Part shown: in pieces, positions 1 to 9,595 of the stretch
Numbering within the stretch: the first letter of the stretch is position 1
Layout: each line of letters starts with the position of its first letter
Assembly (NCBI GenBank): GCA_963799485.1
Contig: CAWCXJ010000009.1
Coordinates: 163,984 to 227,983, forward strand
Direction: 5' to 3'
Length of the DNA: 64,000 bases
DNA from: an uncultured Trueperaceae bacterium
Lineage (GTDB): Bacteria; Deinococcota; Deinococci; Deinococcales; Trueperaceae
Position numbers and translations under genes: made by a program
Notes under the pieces: generated by a model
Told to the model about the DNA's origin: nothing
Databases searched by the model: none
The model's input: only the letters and a program-made list of their open reading frames with translations

Positions 1-1152
1 CCGGTAGCCGTCAGACGCAATCGAGATGATTTCCTGCTGAACCTCATCGTTCGGGTCGATCCACTGAGCGTTGTCCGTAAAGGTAAGAAAGCCGAAGCCG
101 CCCCCGACGTAGCCTTGTGCGTAAGGACCTTCCGGACGGGTAAGCCACTCGATGACGGCCCACGCCGCTTCGGGGTTGTCAGCCTGGCTCGAGACGTAAA
201 TTGTCGAGGGGATGAGTCCTATGGCCAGCTTGCCGCGTGGCTCTTCGTCGGGGACAGGGATGGGCGCGACACCAAAATTCAGGTCACCGAAGCCCATGCT
301 GTCCCACACCACGGGCATCCACGAGCCGTCCACGTAAAAAGCAGCTTGATCGAGGGCAAAAATCTGCCTCGAGGTCTCGCGGTCGGTGCTAGCGACGCCA
401 GGAATAAAGTATTCGCCGTCGTAGAGCGTTTTCAGCAGCTCCCAGGCGCGCAGACGAGCCGGATCGGCGTAAGAGAAATTTCCAGTTTGGAGATTGATTG
501 GGTTATAAGTTTCAGCAACCGAAGTAAAAGGAAGCCACCAGCGGTCAAACTGTGACGTAGAATCAAAAGAGGCAGAAAAGCAGGAGTTACCGCTCTGGGT
601 GACTTGCTCGCAGACCGCGAGAAGCTCGCTCCACGTTGTCGGAATCTGACTTTCTGGATCAACGCCTGCAGCTTCTAGAACGGTGCGGTTATAGTACATG
701 TAACCATGTCCGTAGATCGTTCTGTCACGGAGCGGAATCCCGTATACCGTTCCGTTCACCATATTATGTCCGTCGATAAACATGCCTTCTGGAAAACGGT
801 CGAACCACTCTTGCGGAATTTCTTGGTCACCTGCTGCTGGCGCAACCCAGTTGGCTTCTAAAAGATCGTTCAAGGGCAGTTGGTCGAAGCCGTCGATAAA
901 GAAAATATCCGGTGCTTCACCACTCTCGAAGCTAAGCGGCAGCGTTTGCTGAAAGGAATCGATAGACATCGTCTCGAAGTTCAGCTCCCACTCGGGGTAC
1001 TCCTCTTGAAACGCCTGCTCCAACTCCCTATAGAGTTCGTTCTGCTCAGCAGAAATTCCCAGCACGGTGATGGTCGTTTCCTGTGCTGCCGTAAAATTCA
1101 ACGCTGATAGGGCCAGCGCGGTTCCGAATCCTATCCAACTCTGTCTATACAT
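1..1152 (-). CDS. Carbohydrate ABC transporter substrate-binding protein, partial (3' end runs off the window; absent from ORF track)
   Basis: ATG at 1152 after GAGGAGG RBS. My translation MYRQSWIGFGTALALSALNFTAAQETTITVL...FQEEYPEWELNFE...SGEAPDIF...NGTVYGIP...MYYNRTVLEAAGVDP..IPTTWSEL shows a signal peptide and family-1 SBP motifs. Confidence 0.85.
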   Translation of the reverse strand, partial: MYRQSWIGFGTALALSALNFTAAQETTITVLGISAEQNELYRELEQAFQEEYPEWELNFETMSIDSFQQTLPLSFESGEAPDIFFIDGFDQLPLNDLLEANWVAPAAGDQEIPQEWFDRFPEGMFIDGHNMVNGTVYGIPLRDRTIYGHGYMYYNRTVLEAAGVDPESQIPTTWSELLAVCEQVTQSGNSCFSASFDSTSQFDRWWLPFTSVAETYNPINLQTGNFSYADPARLRAWELLKTLYDGEYFIPGVASTDRETSRQIFALDQAAFYVDGSWMPVVWDSMGFGDLNFGVAPIPVPDEEPRGKLAIGLIPSTIYVSSQADNPEAAWAVIEWLTRPEGPYAQGYVGGGFGFLTFTDNAQWIDPNDEVQQEIISIASDGYR

Positions 1153-1284
1153 CCTTATATCCTCCTCAGCTAAACCTTGATTTGAAAATGGGTGCCTCGT
1201 CTGACTCTGACTAAAGACCGCTAGCGCACAAAGTCCGGCTACGAACACCTCCGTCCCTCCAGGACTGTTTGCCTGTATACTTTT

Positions 1285-1308
1285 AATATATGTACTATAT
1301 CATATATT
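1285..1308. promoter_or_regulatory. Candidate operator: AT-rich inverted repeat AATATATG-N8-CATATATT between divergent sugar genes
   Basis: Perfect 8-bp arms in an AT-rich patch; a GntR regulator ends the adjacent operon. Confidence 0.4.
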
Positions 1309-1561
1309 TTATCTTGTGCAAGCGGTTGTCAGCCGAACTGTACATTGGTGTCTGAAGTGCAGACCCCAAGTTGTACGGGGGTCGCTGTGAAGTATTGGGC
1401 GTTCGTGCCTGTAGTTACTCGACCGAAAGAGCGCAAGATGCCGCCCGTTACGTCCGAGCCTACTTAACAGGGTTAAAGCTAGGGTGGCGAGCGGGACCAA
1501 CACGAGGCGTAGCTCTTGAGAGTACGTCGCGCTGTACAGGGGAACGAAAGGAAGAAAACAT

Positions 1562-2623
1562 ATGTCGCAAGGAGATACACAAGGAAACATCGTTTCAGTA
1601 GGCGTTGCCGGGCTCGGGCGTAGTGGCTGGAATATTCACGCGGAAGCTCTCAAAAAGCTGCCGCAGCACTTTCGCATTGTAGCTGCCATGGACGTCGACG
1701 CCGCGCGCCGTGCTGAAGCGGAAGCGACCTTCGGCTGCCGGAGCTACGACAGCTTCGAGGCGCTCGTTGCTGACGATGACCTCGAGCTAGTGGTCGTAGC
1801 GACTCCGAACCGACTGCACACCGAACACGCAATTGCAGCGATGCGCGCAGGTCGTCATGTAGTCGTCGAAAAGCCCTTTGCGCTTACGCCCGAAGACGCT
1901 GACCGAACGATTGCCGTGGCGAGTGAGGTAAGACGCGTCGTAGCTCCATTTCAAAACCGCCGCTACGAGCCACACTTCCAGAAAGTCCAAGAGGTGATCG
2001 ACTCGGGTATCCTCGGCAGGATCGTCGAAATCCGTATAGTCTGGCACTCGTTTACGCGCCGCTGGGACTGGCAAACCCTTAAGGAGTTCGGCGGTGGGCT
2101 TCTCAATAACAACGGGCCGCACCTGCTCGACCAGGCTCTCGAGCTCTTCGGTCCTGCCGAGCCGGATGTCACTGTGGACCTGCAAAATGCGCTCAGTAGC
2201 GGCGACGCCGAGGATCACGTCAAACTTATGCTGCGCGCACCGGACGCACCTACTATCGACATCGAGCTAACGGCCGTGTGCGCCTACCCGCAAGACCGCT
2301 GGCTAGTCATGGGCACGGCAGGAGGGTTGCGCGGGAGCACCACAAAGCTCGAATGGAAATGGGTCGATTGGAGCACCATGCCCGAGCGCCCTGTCGAGCG
2401 CGTACCAACCTCGGACCGAACCTATAACAGCGAAGCCCTGAGCTGGTCAGAAGATGCCTGGGAGGGCGTGGAGGACGGTTCCCGCGAACACCTGCGTTTT
2501 TATGAAGACCTGCACGCCACGCTGCAGAGCGGTGCGCCGCTGGTGATTACCCCCGAGAGTGTGCGCCGTCAGATGAAAATAATCCACACCTGCCGTGAAC
2601 TGGCCCCGCGAGCACTTGGTTGA
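1562..2623 (+). CDS. Gfo/Idh/MocA family NAD(P)-dependent oxidoreductase
   Basis: GLGRSG Rossmann motif, VVEKP, NRR, GGGLLNNNGPHLLDQ. Confidence 0.9.
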   Translation: MSQGDTQGNIVSVGVAGLGRSGWNIHAEALKKLPQHFRIVAAMDVDAARRAEAEATFGCRSYDSFEALVADDDLELVVVATPNRLHTEHAIAAMRAGRHVVVEKPFALTPEDADRTIAVASEVRRVVAPFQNRRYEPHFQKVQEVIDSGILGRIVEIRIVWHSFTRRWDWQTLKEFGGGLLNNNGPHLLDQALELFGPAEPDVTVDLQNALSSGDAEDHVKLMLRAPDAPTIDIELTAVCAYPQDRWLVMGTAGGLRGSTTKLEWKWVDWSTMPERPVERVPTSDRTYNSEALSWSEDAWEGVEDGSREHLRFYEDLHATLQSGAPLVITPESVRRQMKIIHTCRELAPRALG

Positions 2624-2678
2624 ATAACGTTGTTTAGCGAAAGCGAGTTAGAGCCTGAGGGTAACGAGGAGAACTGAC

Positions 2679-3830
2679 ATGGCGACGGAGCGAATTGGCA
2701 TCATTATGAACGGCGTCACCGGACGGATGGGGAAGAACCAGCACCTGCTGCGTTCGGTTAAAGCGATTATGGACGAGGGGGGCTTACCGTTGCCGAACGG
2801 CGACAGGCTCATGCCTGACCCCATCCTCGTCGGGCGAAACGCGGTGAAGATGGAAGCGCTGGCAAAGGAAGCTGGTCTCGAGCGCTGGAGTACGGACTTA
2901 GAAGCTTGCCTTAAGAGCTCCGAGGACACCCTCTACTTCGACGCTGTTTTGACGCAACACCGAGCTGAAAATATCAAAAAGGCTGTAGCAGCTGGGAAAC
3001 ACATCTACACCGAGAAACCGATTGCAGAAAGCCTCGAGGCAGCACTTGAGCTGGCCCGACTCGCAAAAGACGCAGGCGTCAAAAACGGCGCGGTTCACGA
3101 CAAACTCTATCTGCAAGGCTTACAAAAGCTCAAACGGCTGGTGGACGGCGGCTTTTTCGGGCGCATCTTGTCTGTTCGCGGCGAGTTCGGTTACTGGGTT
3201 TTTGAAGGCGACTGGCAAGCCGCGCAGCGCCCGAGCTGGAACTACCGCAAAGATGAGGGCGGCGGCGTTATCGTTGATATGCTCTGTCACTGGCGCTATG
3301 TTTTGGACAATATCTTTGCGCCGGTCAAGGCCGTAAGTTGCCTCGGCACAACGCATATTCCCAAACGCTGGGATGAGCAGGGTGAACCCTACGACGCGAC
3401 CGCCGACGACGCGGCTTACGCGGTGTTCGCGCTGGAAGGGGGCGTCGTCGCACAAATCAACTCGAGCTGGTGTACCCGCGTCTACCGTGACGAACTCGTC
3501 TCGTTTCAGGTTGACGGCACCCACGGCAGCGCCGTCGCAGGACTGCGCGAATGCAAAATCCAGCACCGCAGCATGACGCCCAGACCCGTGTGGAACCCCG
3601 ATATTCCCAGCCCCATCGACTTTTACGCCGACTGGAAAGACGTCCCGGACAATCAAGCGTTCGACAACGGGTTTAAGACGCAGTGGGAGGCGTTTTTACG
3701 GCATGTGGTCTTAGACACGCCGTATCGGTTTGACCTGCTCGAGGGTGCCAAAGGGGTGCAGCTGGCGGAACTAGGTTTGCAGAGCTGGAGAGAGCGCCGC
3801 TGGCTCGAGGTTCCTGAGTTGAGCCTTTAG
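2679..3830 (+). CDS. Gfo/Idh/MocA family oxidoreductase (type usually paired with DUF993)
   Basis: NGVTGRMG, YTEKP, RPSWNYR..GGG...DMLCHW; GAGGAG RBS. Confidence 0.9.
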   Translation: MATERIGIIMNGVTGRMGKNQHLLRSVKAIMDEGGLPLPNGDRLMPDPILVGRNAVKMEALAKEAGLERWSTDLEACLKSSEDTLYFDAVLTQHRAENIKKAVAAGKHIYTEKPIAESLEAALELARLAKDAGVKNGAVHDKLYLQGLQKLKRLVDGGFFGRILSVRGEFGYWVFEGDWQAAQRPSWNYRKDEGGGVIVDMLCHWRYVLDNIFAPVKAVSCLGTTHIPKRWDEQGEPYDATADDAAYAVFALEGGVVAQINSSWCTRVYRDELVSFQVDGTHGSAVAGLRECKIQHRSMTPRPVWNPDIPSPIDFYADWKDVPDNQAFDNGFKTQWEAFLRHVVLDTPYRFDLLEGAKGVQLAELGLQSWRERRWLEVPELSL

Positions 3831-3837
3831 GAGATAT

Positions 3838-5007
3838 ATGAACCTGACGATAGCTTTACCCGATAAAAGCGGCAAGCCGGGGCCCTACACGCTCGCGGCA
3901 CCCGTAACCTACGCCCCACCTGAGAAGCCGTTCGCGAGCCGTACGCTTTACGCCGCCGCGCACGTCGTCGCCGACCCCACGGCGGACAATAGCGAGGGCA
4001 ACCCTGCTGTTATCGACTGGGAGAAGACGTTAGCGTTTCGTCGTCACTTGTGGCGTTACGGGTTCGGCGTCGCCGAGGCGATGGACACCGCGCAGCGCGG
4101 TTTTGGGCTCGACTGGGCGGCGACCAAGGAGCTTATCCGGCGTTCTATCGCCGAGGCGCAAAAGGTGGGCGGGCTTATCGCTTGCGGTGCGGGGACAGAC
4201 CAATTAGGCGACGATTATGCCGGTTTGACTTTGAACGACGTTATTGCTGCCTACGAAGAACAAATCGACTACATCGAAGCGTGTGGCGGACGCATGATTT
4301 TGATGGCCTCGAGAGCGCTGGCAGCCGTTGCCCAAACGCCGGATGATTACCTCGAGGTTTACGGGCACTTGCTCGCCAAGGTTAAAGAACCCGTGATTTT
4401 GCACTGGCTCGGCGAGATGTTCGACCCGCAGCTTAAGGGGTATTGGGGTTCAGAAAACTGGCAAGAAGCAGGAGATGCGCTCCTAGAAATTATCCGTAAA
4501 AACCCTAAAAAAGTTGACGGTATGAAGATGAGCCTTTTGGACGCCGTAAAAGAAATCCACCTCCGCAGAAGGCTCCCTCAAGGCGTCAAGATGTATACCG
4601 GCGACGACTTCAACTACGACACACTGATTAAAGGCGACGAACAAGGCTTTAGTCACGGGCTTTTAGGTATTTTCGACCCGATTGCGCCTGCAGCGGCGGC
4701 GGCTATGGCGGCGCTCGAGTACGGCGACAGCAAAGCCTACGACCGCATCCTTGCACCCACGGTTTTGCTTTCTCGTCATATCTTTGAACCACCGACCTTT
4801 TACTACAAAACGGGCATCGTCTTTTTGGCGTATCTAAATGGTCAACAAGACCACTTCAAAATGGTAGGGGGACTCGAGGACAAACGCTCTCTGGGGCATC
4901 TGGTCGAGCTGTTCAAACTTGCAGATAAAGCCGGACTACTGAGTCGCCACGAGCTTGCAGTGGAGCGTATGAAAAGGGTACTCGAGACCCCAACGGTCGG
5001 TGCTTGA
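3838..5007 (+). CDS. DUF993 / dihydrodipicolinate-synthase-like TIM-barrel protein
   Basis: AAAHVVADP, AEAMDTAQRG, HWLGEMFDP, GMKMSLLD, YTGDDFNY, YKTGIVFLA motifs. Confidence 0.85.
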   Translation: MNLTIALPDKSGKPGPYTLAAPVTYAPPEKPFASRTLYAAAHVVADPTADNSEGNPAVIDWEKTLAFRRHLWRYGFGVAEAMDTAQRGFGLDWAATKELIRRSIAEAQKVGGLIACGAGTDQLGDDYAGLTLNDVIAAYEEQIDYIEACGGRMILMASRALAAVAQTPDDYLEVYGHLLAKVKEPVILHWLGEMFDPQLKGYWGSENWQEAGDALLEIIRKNPKKVDGMKMSLLDAVKEIHLRRRLPQGVKMYTGDDFNYDTLIKGDEQGFSHGLLGIFDPIAPAAAAAMAALEYGDSKAYDRILAPTVLLSRHIFEPPTFYYKTGIVFLAYLNGQQDHFKMVGGLEDKRSLGHLVELFKLADKAGLLSRHELAVERMKRVLETPTVGA

Positions 5008-5861
5008 TGGCAGCTTTTACGGACACCTCACGCCTGAGTTTGAATCAGTACACCACTTTTAACTGGAGCACAGAAGAAGCTATCGCGGGCTGCCGTAAAG
5101 CGGGGCTCGGGTGGATTGGGTTATGGCGCGATAAGGTCGAAGCACAGGGGCTAAACAACACCGTTAAACTTTTACGGGAACATGAGGTGAAGGTCTCGAG
5201 CCTGTGCCGTGGTGGTATGTTTCCTGCTGAGAGCGAAACTGAACGCCAAAAACGCATTAACGACAACTTAAGGGCTATCGACGAATGCGTGACCTTAGGA
5301 ACGGACACGCTGGTGCTGGTTTGCGGCGGCTTGCACACCAGAGACATCGCCGAGGCGCGGCAGCTGGTCTACGACGGTATCGCCGCAATTATCCCCTACG
5401 CTCAGGAGCGTGGTGTCAAGCTCGGGATTGAGCCCCTGCACCCGATGTACGCGGCTGACCGCAACGTCGTCGTGACCCTAAAGCAAGCCAACGACTTTGC
5501 CCTTTCTCTCAACGCAGCAGCAGGTGGGCAGACCGTCGGCGTTGTTATCGACGTATTCCATGTCTGGTGGGATCCGGACGTTTACAACGAAATCAGAAGG
5601 GCCTCTGGTCACACCTTCGGCTTTCATGTTTGCGATTGGATTACGCCCGTTCCCGATGTGCTTAAAGCGCGCGGCATGATGGGCGACGGCTGGATTGACA
5701 TCCGTCAGCTCCGAGAAGCCGTGGACACTGCAGGCTACCGTGGTCCTATCGAGTGCGAAATCTTCAACCAAGCTCTGTGGGATACGCCCGGTGACGAGGT
5801 CTTGAAACAGATAAAAACGCGCTACGTGAGCTACGTACGCGATATTCCGGGGGGGGCATGA
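5004..5861 (+). CDS. Sugar phosphate isomerase/epimerase (xylose-isomerase-like/AP endonuclease 2 TIM barrel)
   Basis: SLCRGG, IEPLHPMY, DVFHVWWD, FHVCDW, GDGWID, ECEIF; overlaps upstream stop. Confidence 0.88.
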   Translation: MMAAFTDTSRLSLNQYTTFNWSTEEAIAGCRKAGLGWIGLWRDKVEAQGLNNTVKLLREHEVKVSSLCRGGMFPAESETERQKRINDNLRAIDECVTLGTDTLVLVCGGLHTRDIAEARQLVYDGIAAIIPYAQERGVKLGIEPLHPMYAADRNVVVTLKQANDFALSLNAAAGGQTVGVVIDVFHVWWDPDVYNEIRRASGHTFGFHVCDWITPVPDVLKARGMMGDGWIDIRQLREAVDTAGYRGPIECEIFNQALWDTPGDEVLKQIKTRYVSYVRDIPGGA

Positions 5862-6514
5862 ACTACCGCAGCAAAACGGAGGTTGCCTACACTATACTCA
5901 AAGAAAAAATTTTGCAGGGGACACTCGCACCCGGAACTCGGCTCGTAATTGACGAACTGGCGCGTACGCTCTCGGTTAGCCACATCCCGGTTAGGGAAGC
6001 CATGCAGCAGCTGAGTGCAGAGGGTTTCATCGTCACTAAACCTTATTTAGGCTCTTATGTGAGCGAGATACATTCCGAATCGGTTAAGGAGATTTTTGAA
6101 CTCATTCAGGCGCTGGAACTCATCAGCGTCCGCAGTGCGGCATTGTGCGTCACGACCCGCGATATAGCCGAATTTACCAAACAGCTCGAACACATGGACA
6201 CCTTACTCGGCGACCCCGAGTCCTGGTCGCAGGCCAACATATCGCTGCACCTGTGGTTCTGCCAAAAGGGTAAGGTACCCCTTGTCGAGGACGCTCTCAG
6301 CCGTGCGTTCGTCCACTGGGACAGGCTGCGCCGCGTCTATTTCGCCAGCGTGTCCGCCAAGCACATTACACGCGCGCAGCGTGAACACTGGCTGATGCAT
6401 GACGCCTTGAGCGCCCAGGACACCGCAGAACTCGAGGCTGTGGTCCGCCAGCACAACGCTTCAGCCACCGCTGCTTATCTGGCTCACATCGATTCGGTAC
6501 TAAACTGTGACTGA
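5858..6514 (+). CDS. GntR family transcriptional regulator (FCD domain)
   Basis: N-terminal wHTH (ELARTLSVSHIPVREAMQQL), C-terminal FCD (EH...H); ATGA overlap. Confidence 0.9.
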   Translation: MNYRSKTEVAYTILKEKILQGTLAPGTRLVIDELARTLSVSHIPVREAMQQLSAEGFIVTKPYLGSYVSEIHSESVKEIFELIQALELISVRSAALCVTTRDIAEFTKQLEHMDTLLGDPESWSQANISLHLWFCQKGKVPLVEDALSRAFVHWDRLRRVYFASVSAKHITRAQREHWLMHDALSAQDTAELEAVVRQHNASATAAYLAHIDSVLNCD

Positions 6515-6726
6515 CTATCCCCGCTTATCTGTAGTTGCCTCAGTCGCAACTCTTACCGATATTCCCCGATTTCACGGAGAGGTAGTTAAGACACTTTAAC
6601 GAACTGTAGCCTTTCAAAGTCGTTTGGAGATAGGTAGCCCAAGGATGAGTGCCTTCGCTTAGAGTTGTAAAACCCTTTGAGATAGTCAAAGGTGCCGGGT
6701 TTAGCCTGCTGACGAGTTAGATAGCT

Positions 6727-7572
6727 TGGAATTGGCAGGGTTCAAACGGACACAAAAGTTTAACTCAAGCTGCCAACCTTGCCAAGCCTTGGGTTTCAAA
6801 ATCGTTGGGGCAGAGGTAGCCGAGACTACTATGGAGCCGCCAGCTGTTGTAGTACATCAGGATGAAATCGCCAACTGCCAACCTAGCTGCTTCACGGGTG
6901 GCAAAAGAGGATTGATAGACGAGTTCTTTTTTCAAGGTGGCGAAGAAGCTTTCGGTGTAGGCGTTGTCTAAACATACGCCTGTTCCCGTGAAACTAGGGC
7001 GCATTCCCCGATCTGCCGGTTCGCGCTGGTAAGCGTAACTCGTGTACTGCGAGCCCTTGTCGCTCAGGTGAAGGCTAAGAGCCTCTGAGCTTTGCTCTAA
7101 CCTGGTGATGGATCAGCTTAGAGATGTGGCGCTGTTTGGTTGCTATGCTTAGCGCCTGAAGCACGAGGTCGGTTTTCATGTGCTCAGCCTCATCGCGTAA
7201 CCAACAATGCGCTTCGAGTAGGCGTCCATCACGACCGCCATATAAAGCCAGCCTTCAGCTGTCTTCACGAAGGTGATATCCGAGTACCAGACTTGATTGT
7301 GGTGACCTCGGGCTTGGGGACGAGCAAGTTGGCGGTTGCCGGCAACGTCTCCGGCGTTTTGCGATGTTGGTACTTGCGCTTGGGTAAGGCGTAAATGCCT
7401 GCTCGCCGCATCAGCCTCTTGACTCGCTTCAGGAGCACTGTAGCCTTGTTCGGCAACCGGTTTTGCCGCGTCGAGCTTGAAGACCATGTCGTACTGCCTC
7501 TTGTTCATGACAACTCCCTCCCGGAGCATTCTGCTCCTTCGTTTGTTGTCCGCTGAACCCTACCTGAGTCCA
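6727..7572 (-). mobile_element. Internally deleted, frameshifted IS3-family element with both terminal IRs
   Basis: IRs TGGAATTGGCAGGGTTCAAACGGACA (from 6727) and revcomp TGGACTCAGGTAGGGTTCAGCGGACA (to 7572). Fragments WYSDITFV..GWLYMAVVMDAYSKRIVG and DNAYTESFFATLKKE..HSSLGY lie in different frames; only 846 bp. Confidence 0.85.
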
Positions 7573-7661
7573 TAAAACGCCGGTCGGATTTGAAGCCCAA
7601 TTTGGCTAGGCTGGCGGCTTAGACCAAAGTTCTTTTGTCTGTTTGACCCCCACTAATTCCA
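7573..7661 (+). mobile_element. 3' stub (right IR) of a second, related IS3 element in opposite orientation
   Basis: TGTCTGTTTGACCCCCACTAATTCCA (7636-7661) resembles the 6727 IR in reverse complement; preceded by ...RLAA* like the first element's transposase end. Confidence 0.6.
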
Positions 7662-7688
7662 CCGCCGCCTTTATCGAAGCCAACGACG

Positions 7689-8969
7689 TTAGCGGCAGGC
7701 CTCTCGGTAAGCATCCAAGCTATAACGCTTCTTGATAAAGTCGAAGTTAAGTGCGTTGGTCACCGTACAAAACCTCTGTGTTGAGACACCATATTCGGCT
7801 CCAAAAACGGCTTTATCAGCCTTCACAAAGGGCGTAAGGAGTTCACACTCGTTATACGTGAAGCACTCCTCGTTAACGGCAAAGTCAAAGTAAGGCTCGA
7901 GCTCCGCGACCTGCTCGAGATCGTTTTTTAGACCGACGGCGAGCCCACGCGCGTGCGCCTCAGCAGCCAAAAAGCGGTTGTAGACGAATTGATCGGCAGC
8001 AGTCAGTGGAAAACCGCTGTCGTTACTGTAACCGTCGACATTATCAGGTTCTACGCCGTCGCAGCCCTTTTGGGCTGCCAAGTCGAGGCGGGCGCGCATG
8101 ATTGGGCCAAGCACTGAAAGGTTCCGGACGTCGAGCCAGAGCTCGTCCCAGCCGTCCATCTTCTTGCCCTTGACGGTTGCGCTAAAGGTGGCGGCGTCAC
8201 TCCGCCACGGCTCGAAGCTGCCCGCACTAAAGTAACAGATTACGCGCTTGCCGCTCTTTTGAAGCGCCTGAATGGTGCTTACAGTGGTGTCAAAAAGGTC
8301 AATATCGTAGACATCGACCGGGAGAGTAAGATCGATTTTTCCTTGTAGCTGCCACTGCCAGCTGGTGCCGGGGTTGGGTTGCCAGCGTGTGGGTGAAGAG
8401 GTCGGCGTACCTGGGGTGGGTGAACTTGGGGGCGGCGTGGGCGCAACTGGCGCAGGAGCAGTCTCTAGAGCATTGTCCACGGTAAAGATATTTTGCACCT
8501 GAGTCTGTCTGCCGTCTTTGTATCTAAAGGTAGCGGTCAACGTATGGTTGCCGTCAACCAACCGAACGGTTCTAAAAGGCTTGGCCCGACGCAGCGTACC
8601 GCCCACTAGGTCAAATGGAGCTTGCTGGTCACGTTTGAGGAGTTCGCCGTCAAGGCGAAACCTCACCTCTTTAACTGTCTTAGGCGGTGCGGCAAAGATA
8701 TATACGTTCCCTGAAACCGCGAGGTTGCCGAGCACTTCGGGCTGCGCGCGGTCAGCGCGCTTACTCAGGCGGAGCAGTTCACTGTGCTGGACGCTAAGGC
8801 TGGAGGCAGTATTGAGGGCGTTGCAGCCTGCGAGCAGGAGGCCAAGTAAGGGGAGCAAGACTTTCCGTTGTAACCGGAGTATGTCAGTAGATGTAAAAAG
8901 TGAAGAGGGCACCGCAAAAGTCCTTTCCGGCAGCGAACTACCAAGCATGGAGAAGAGGGTTGAAAGCAC
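7689..8969 (-). CDS. GH114-like endo-alpha-1,4-galactosaminidase lipoprotein with Ig-like domain and Pro/Thr linker (true start probably downstream of 8969)
   Basis: Lipobox LLLAGC; WQWQLQG, YDIDLFD, ICYFSAGSFEPWRSD, KGCDGVEPDNVD, GLKND, AVNEEC. Confidence 0.85.
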   Translation of the reverse strand: MLSTLFSMLGSSLPERTFAVPSSLFTSTDILRLQRKVLLPLLGLLLAGCNALNTASSLSVQHSELLRLSKRADRAQPEVLGNLAVSGNVYIFAAPPKTVKEVRFRLDGELLKRDQQAPFDLVGGTLRRAKPFRTVRLVDGNHTLTATFRYKDGRQTQVQNIFTVDNALETAPAPVAPTPPPSSPTPGTPTSSPTRWQPNPGTSWQWQLQGKIDLTLPVDVYDIDLFDTTVSTIQALQKSGKRVICYFSAGSFEPWRSDAATFSATVKGKKMDGWDELWLDVRNLSVLGPIMRARLDLAAQKGCDGVEPDNVDGYSNDSGFPLTAADQFVYNRFLAAEAHARGLAVGLKNDLEQVAELEPYFDFAVNEECFTYNECELLTPFVKADKAVFGAEYGVSTQRFCTVTNALNFDFIKKRYSLDAYREACR

Positions 8970-9086
8970 TAGGTCGGTTTCGTCTTAAGGGCTTACGCCT
9001 TTAGAACAGCTTAGAAAAGATCGCTGGCGGGAGGTGTGAAAAAAGCTAAATCTGTACATGGCGTTGTTGCATGAATAGGCAAAAGC

Positions 9087-9203
9087 TGACCTGCCCCTTT
9101 AGAAGAAGTCTAGACGCGACGACAGTGCCAGCCCAAATCCAGGAGGCAAACGATGCCGAAGAAGGCCTACAAACCCACGGGGATTATTGGCAAGTTACGG
9201 TGA
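9087..9203 (+). mobile_element. Left-end stub of an IS3-family element
   Basis: TGACCTGCCCC IR-like start, AGGAGG RBS, then MPKKAYKPTGIIGKLR* resembling IS3 OrfA N-termini (MPKKRHKPEEIIGKLR). Confidence 0.6.
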
Positions 9204-9595
9204 GGGGACCCCTAAGCTTGGGCCATTACCGCCGCTTTAACTGTGCTGCTCTCATCCTCCGAGCTTAGCTGACGGCCTGTTTCGCAGAAGATTTAATGCG
9301 CCTGTGACGACGACCGAGACAGGGCTCGAGGGTCTTGCCCGCGTAACCTTCCCCTGTGAGGATTTCAGTCTGGATATTCCCGCGTCACCAGCGTTGCAGG
9401 CTGTGGCTGACGAGGTGACGCTCGAGCCCGACTTTACCGCTGCCGAGGATGCGTAGCAGCGAGGCGAATTCCGGGAACCAAATCAAACCCAAACGTTAGC
9501 GCGACCGTTTCTAAATGAGAAGACGCTAAGCTGCGCTTGTGAACGGTGCGAACAACGCTCTAGCGAACCCTGCAGACGGTGTTACAGTAGACGCC

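Noticed and set aside
115..1107. Short + strand ORFs at window start
   Set aside because: Antisense to the minus-strand sugar-binding protein gene that runs off the window.
9300..9456. Possible 3' fragment of a gene (…LEGLARVTFPCEDFSLDIP…*)
   Set aside because: Looks coding-like but has no start and I cannot assign it.
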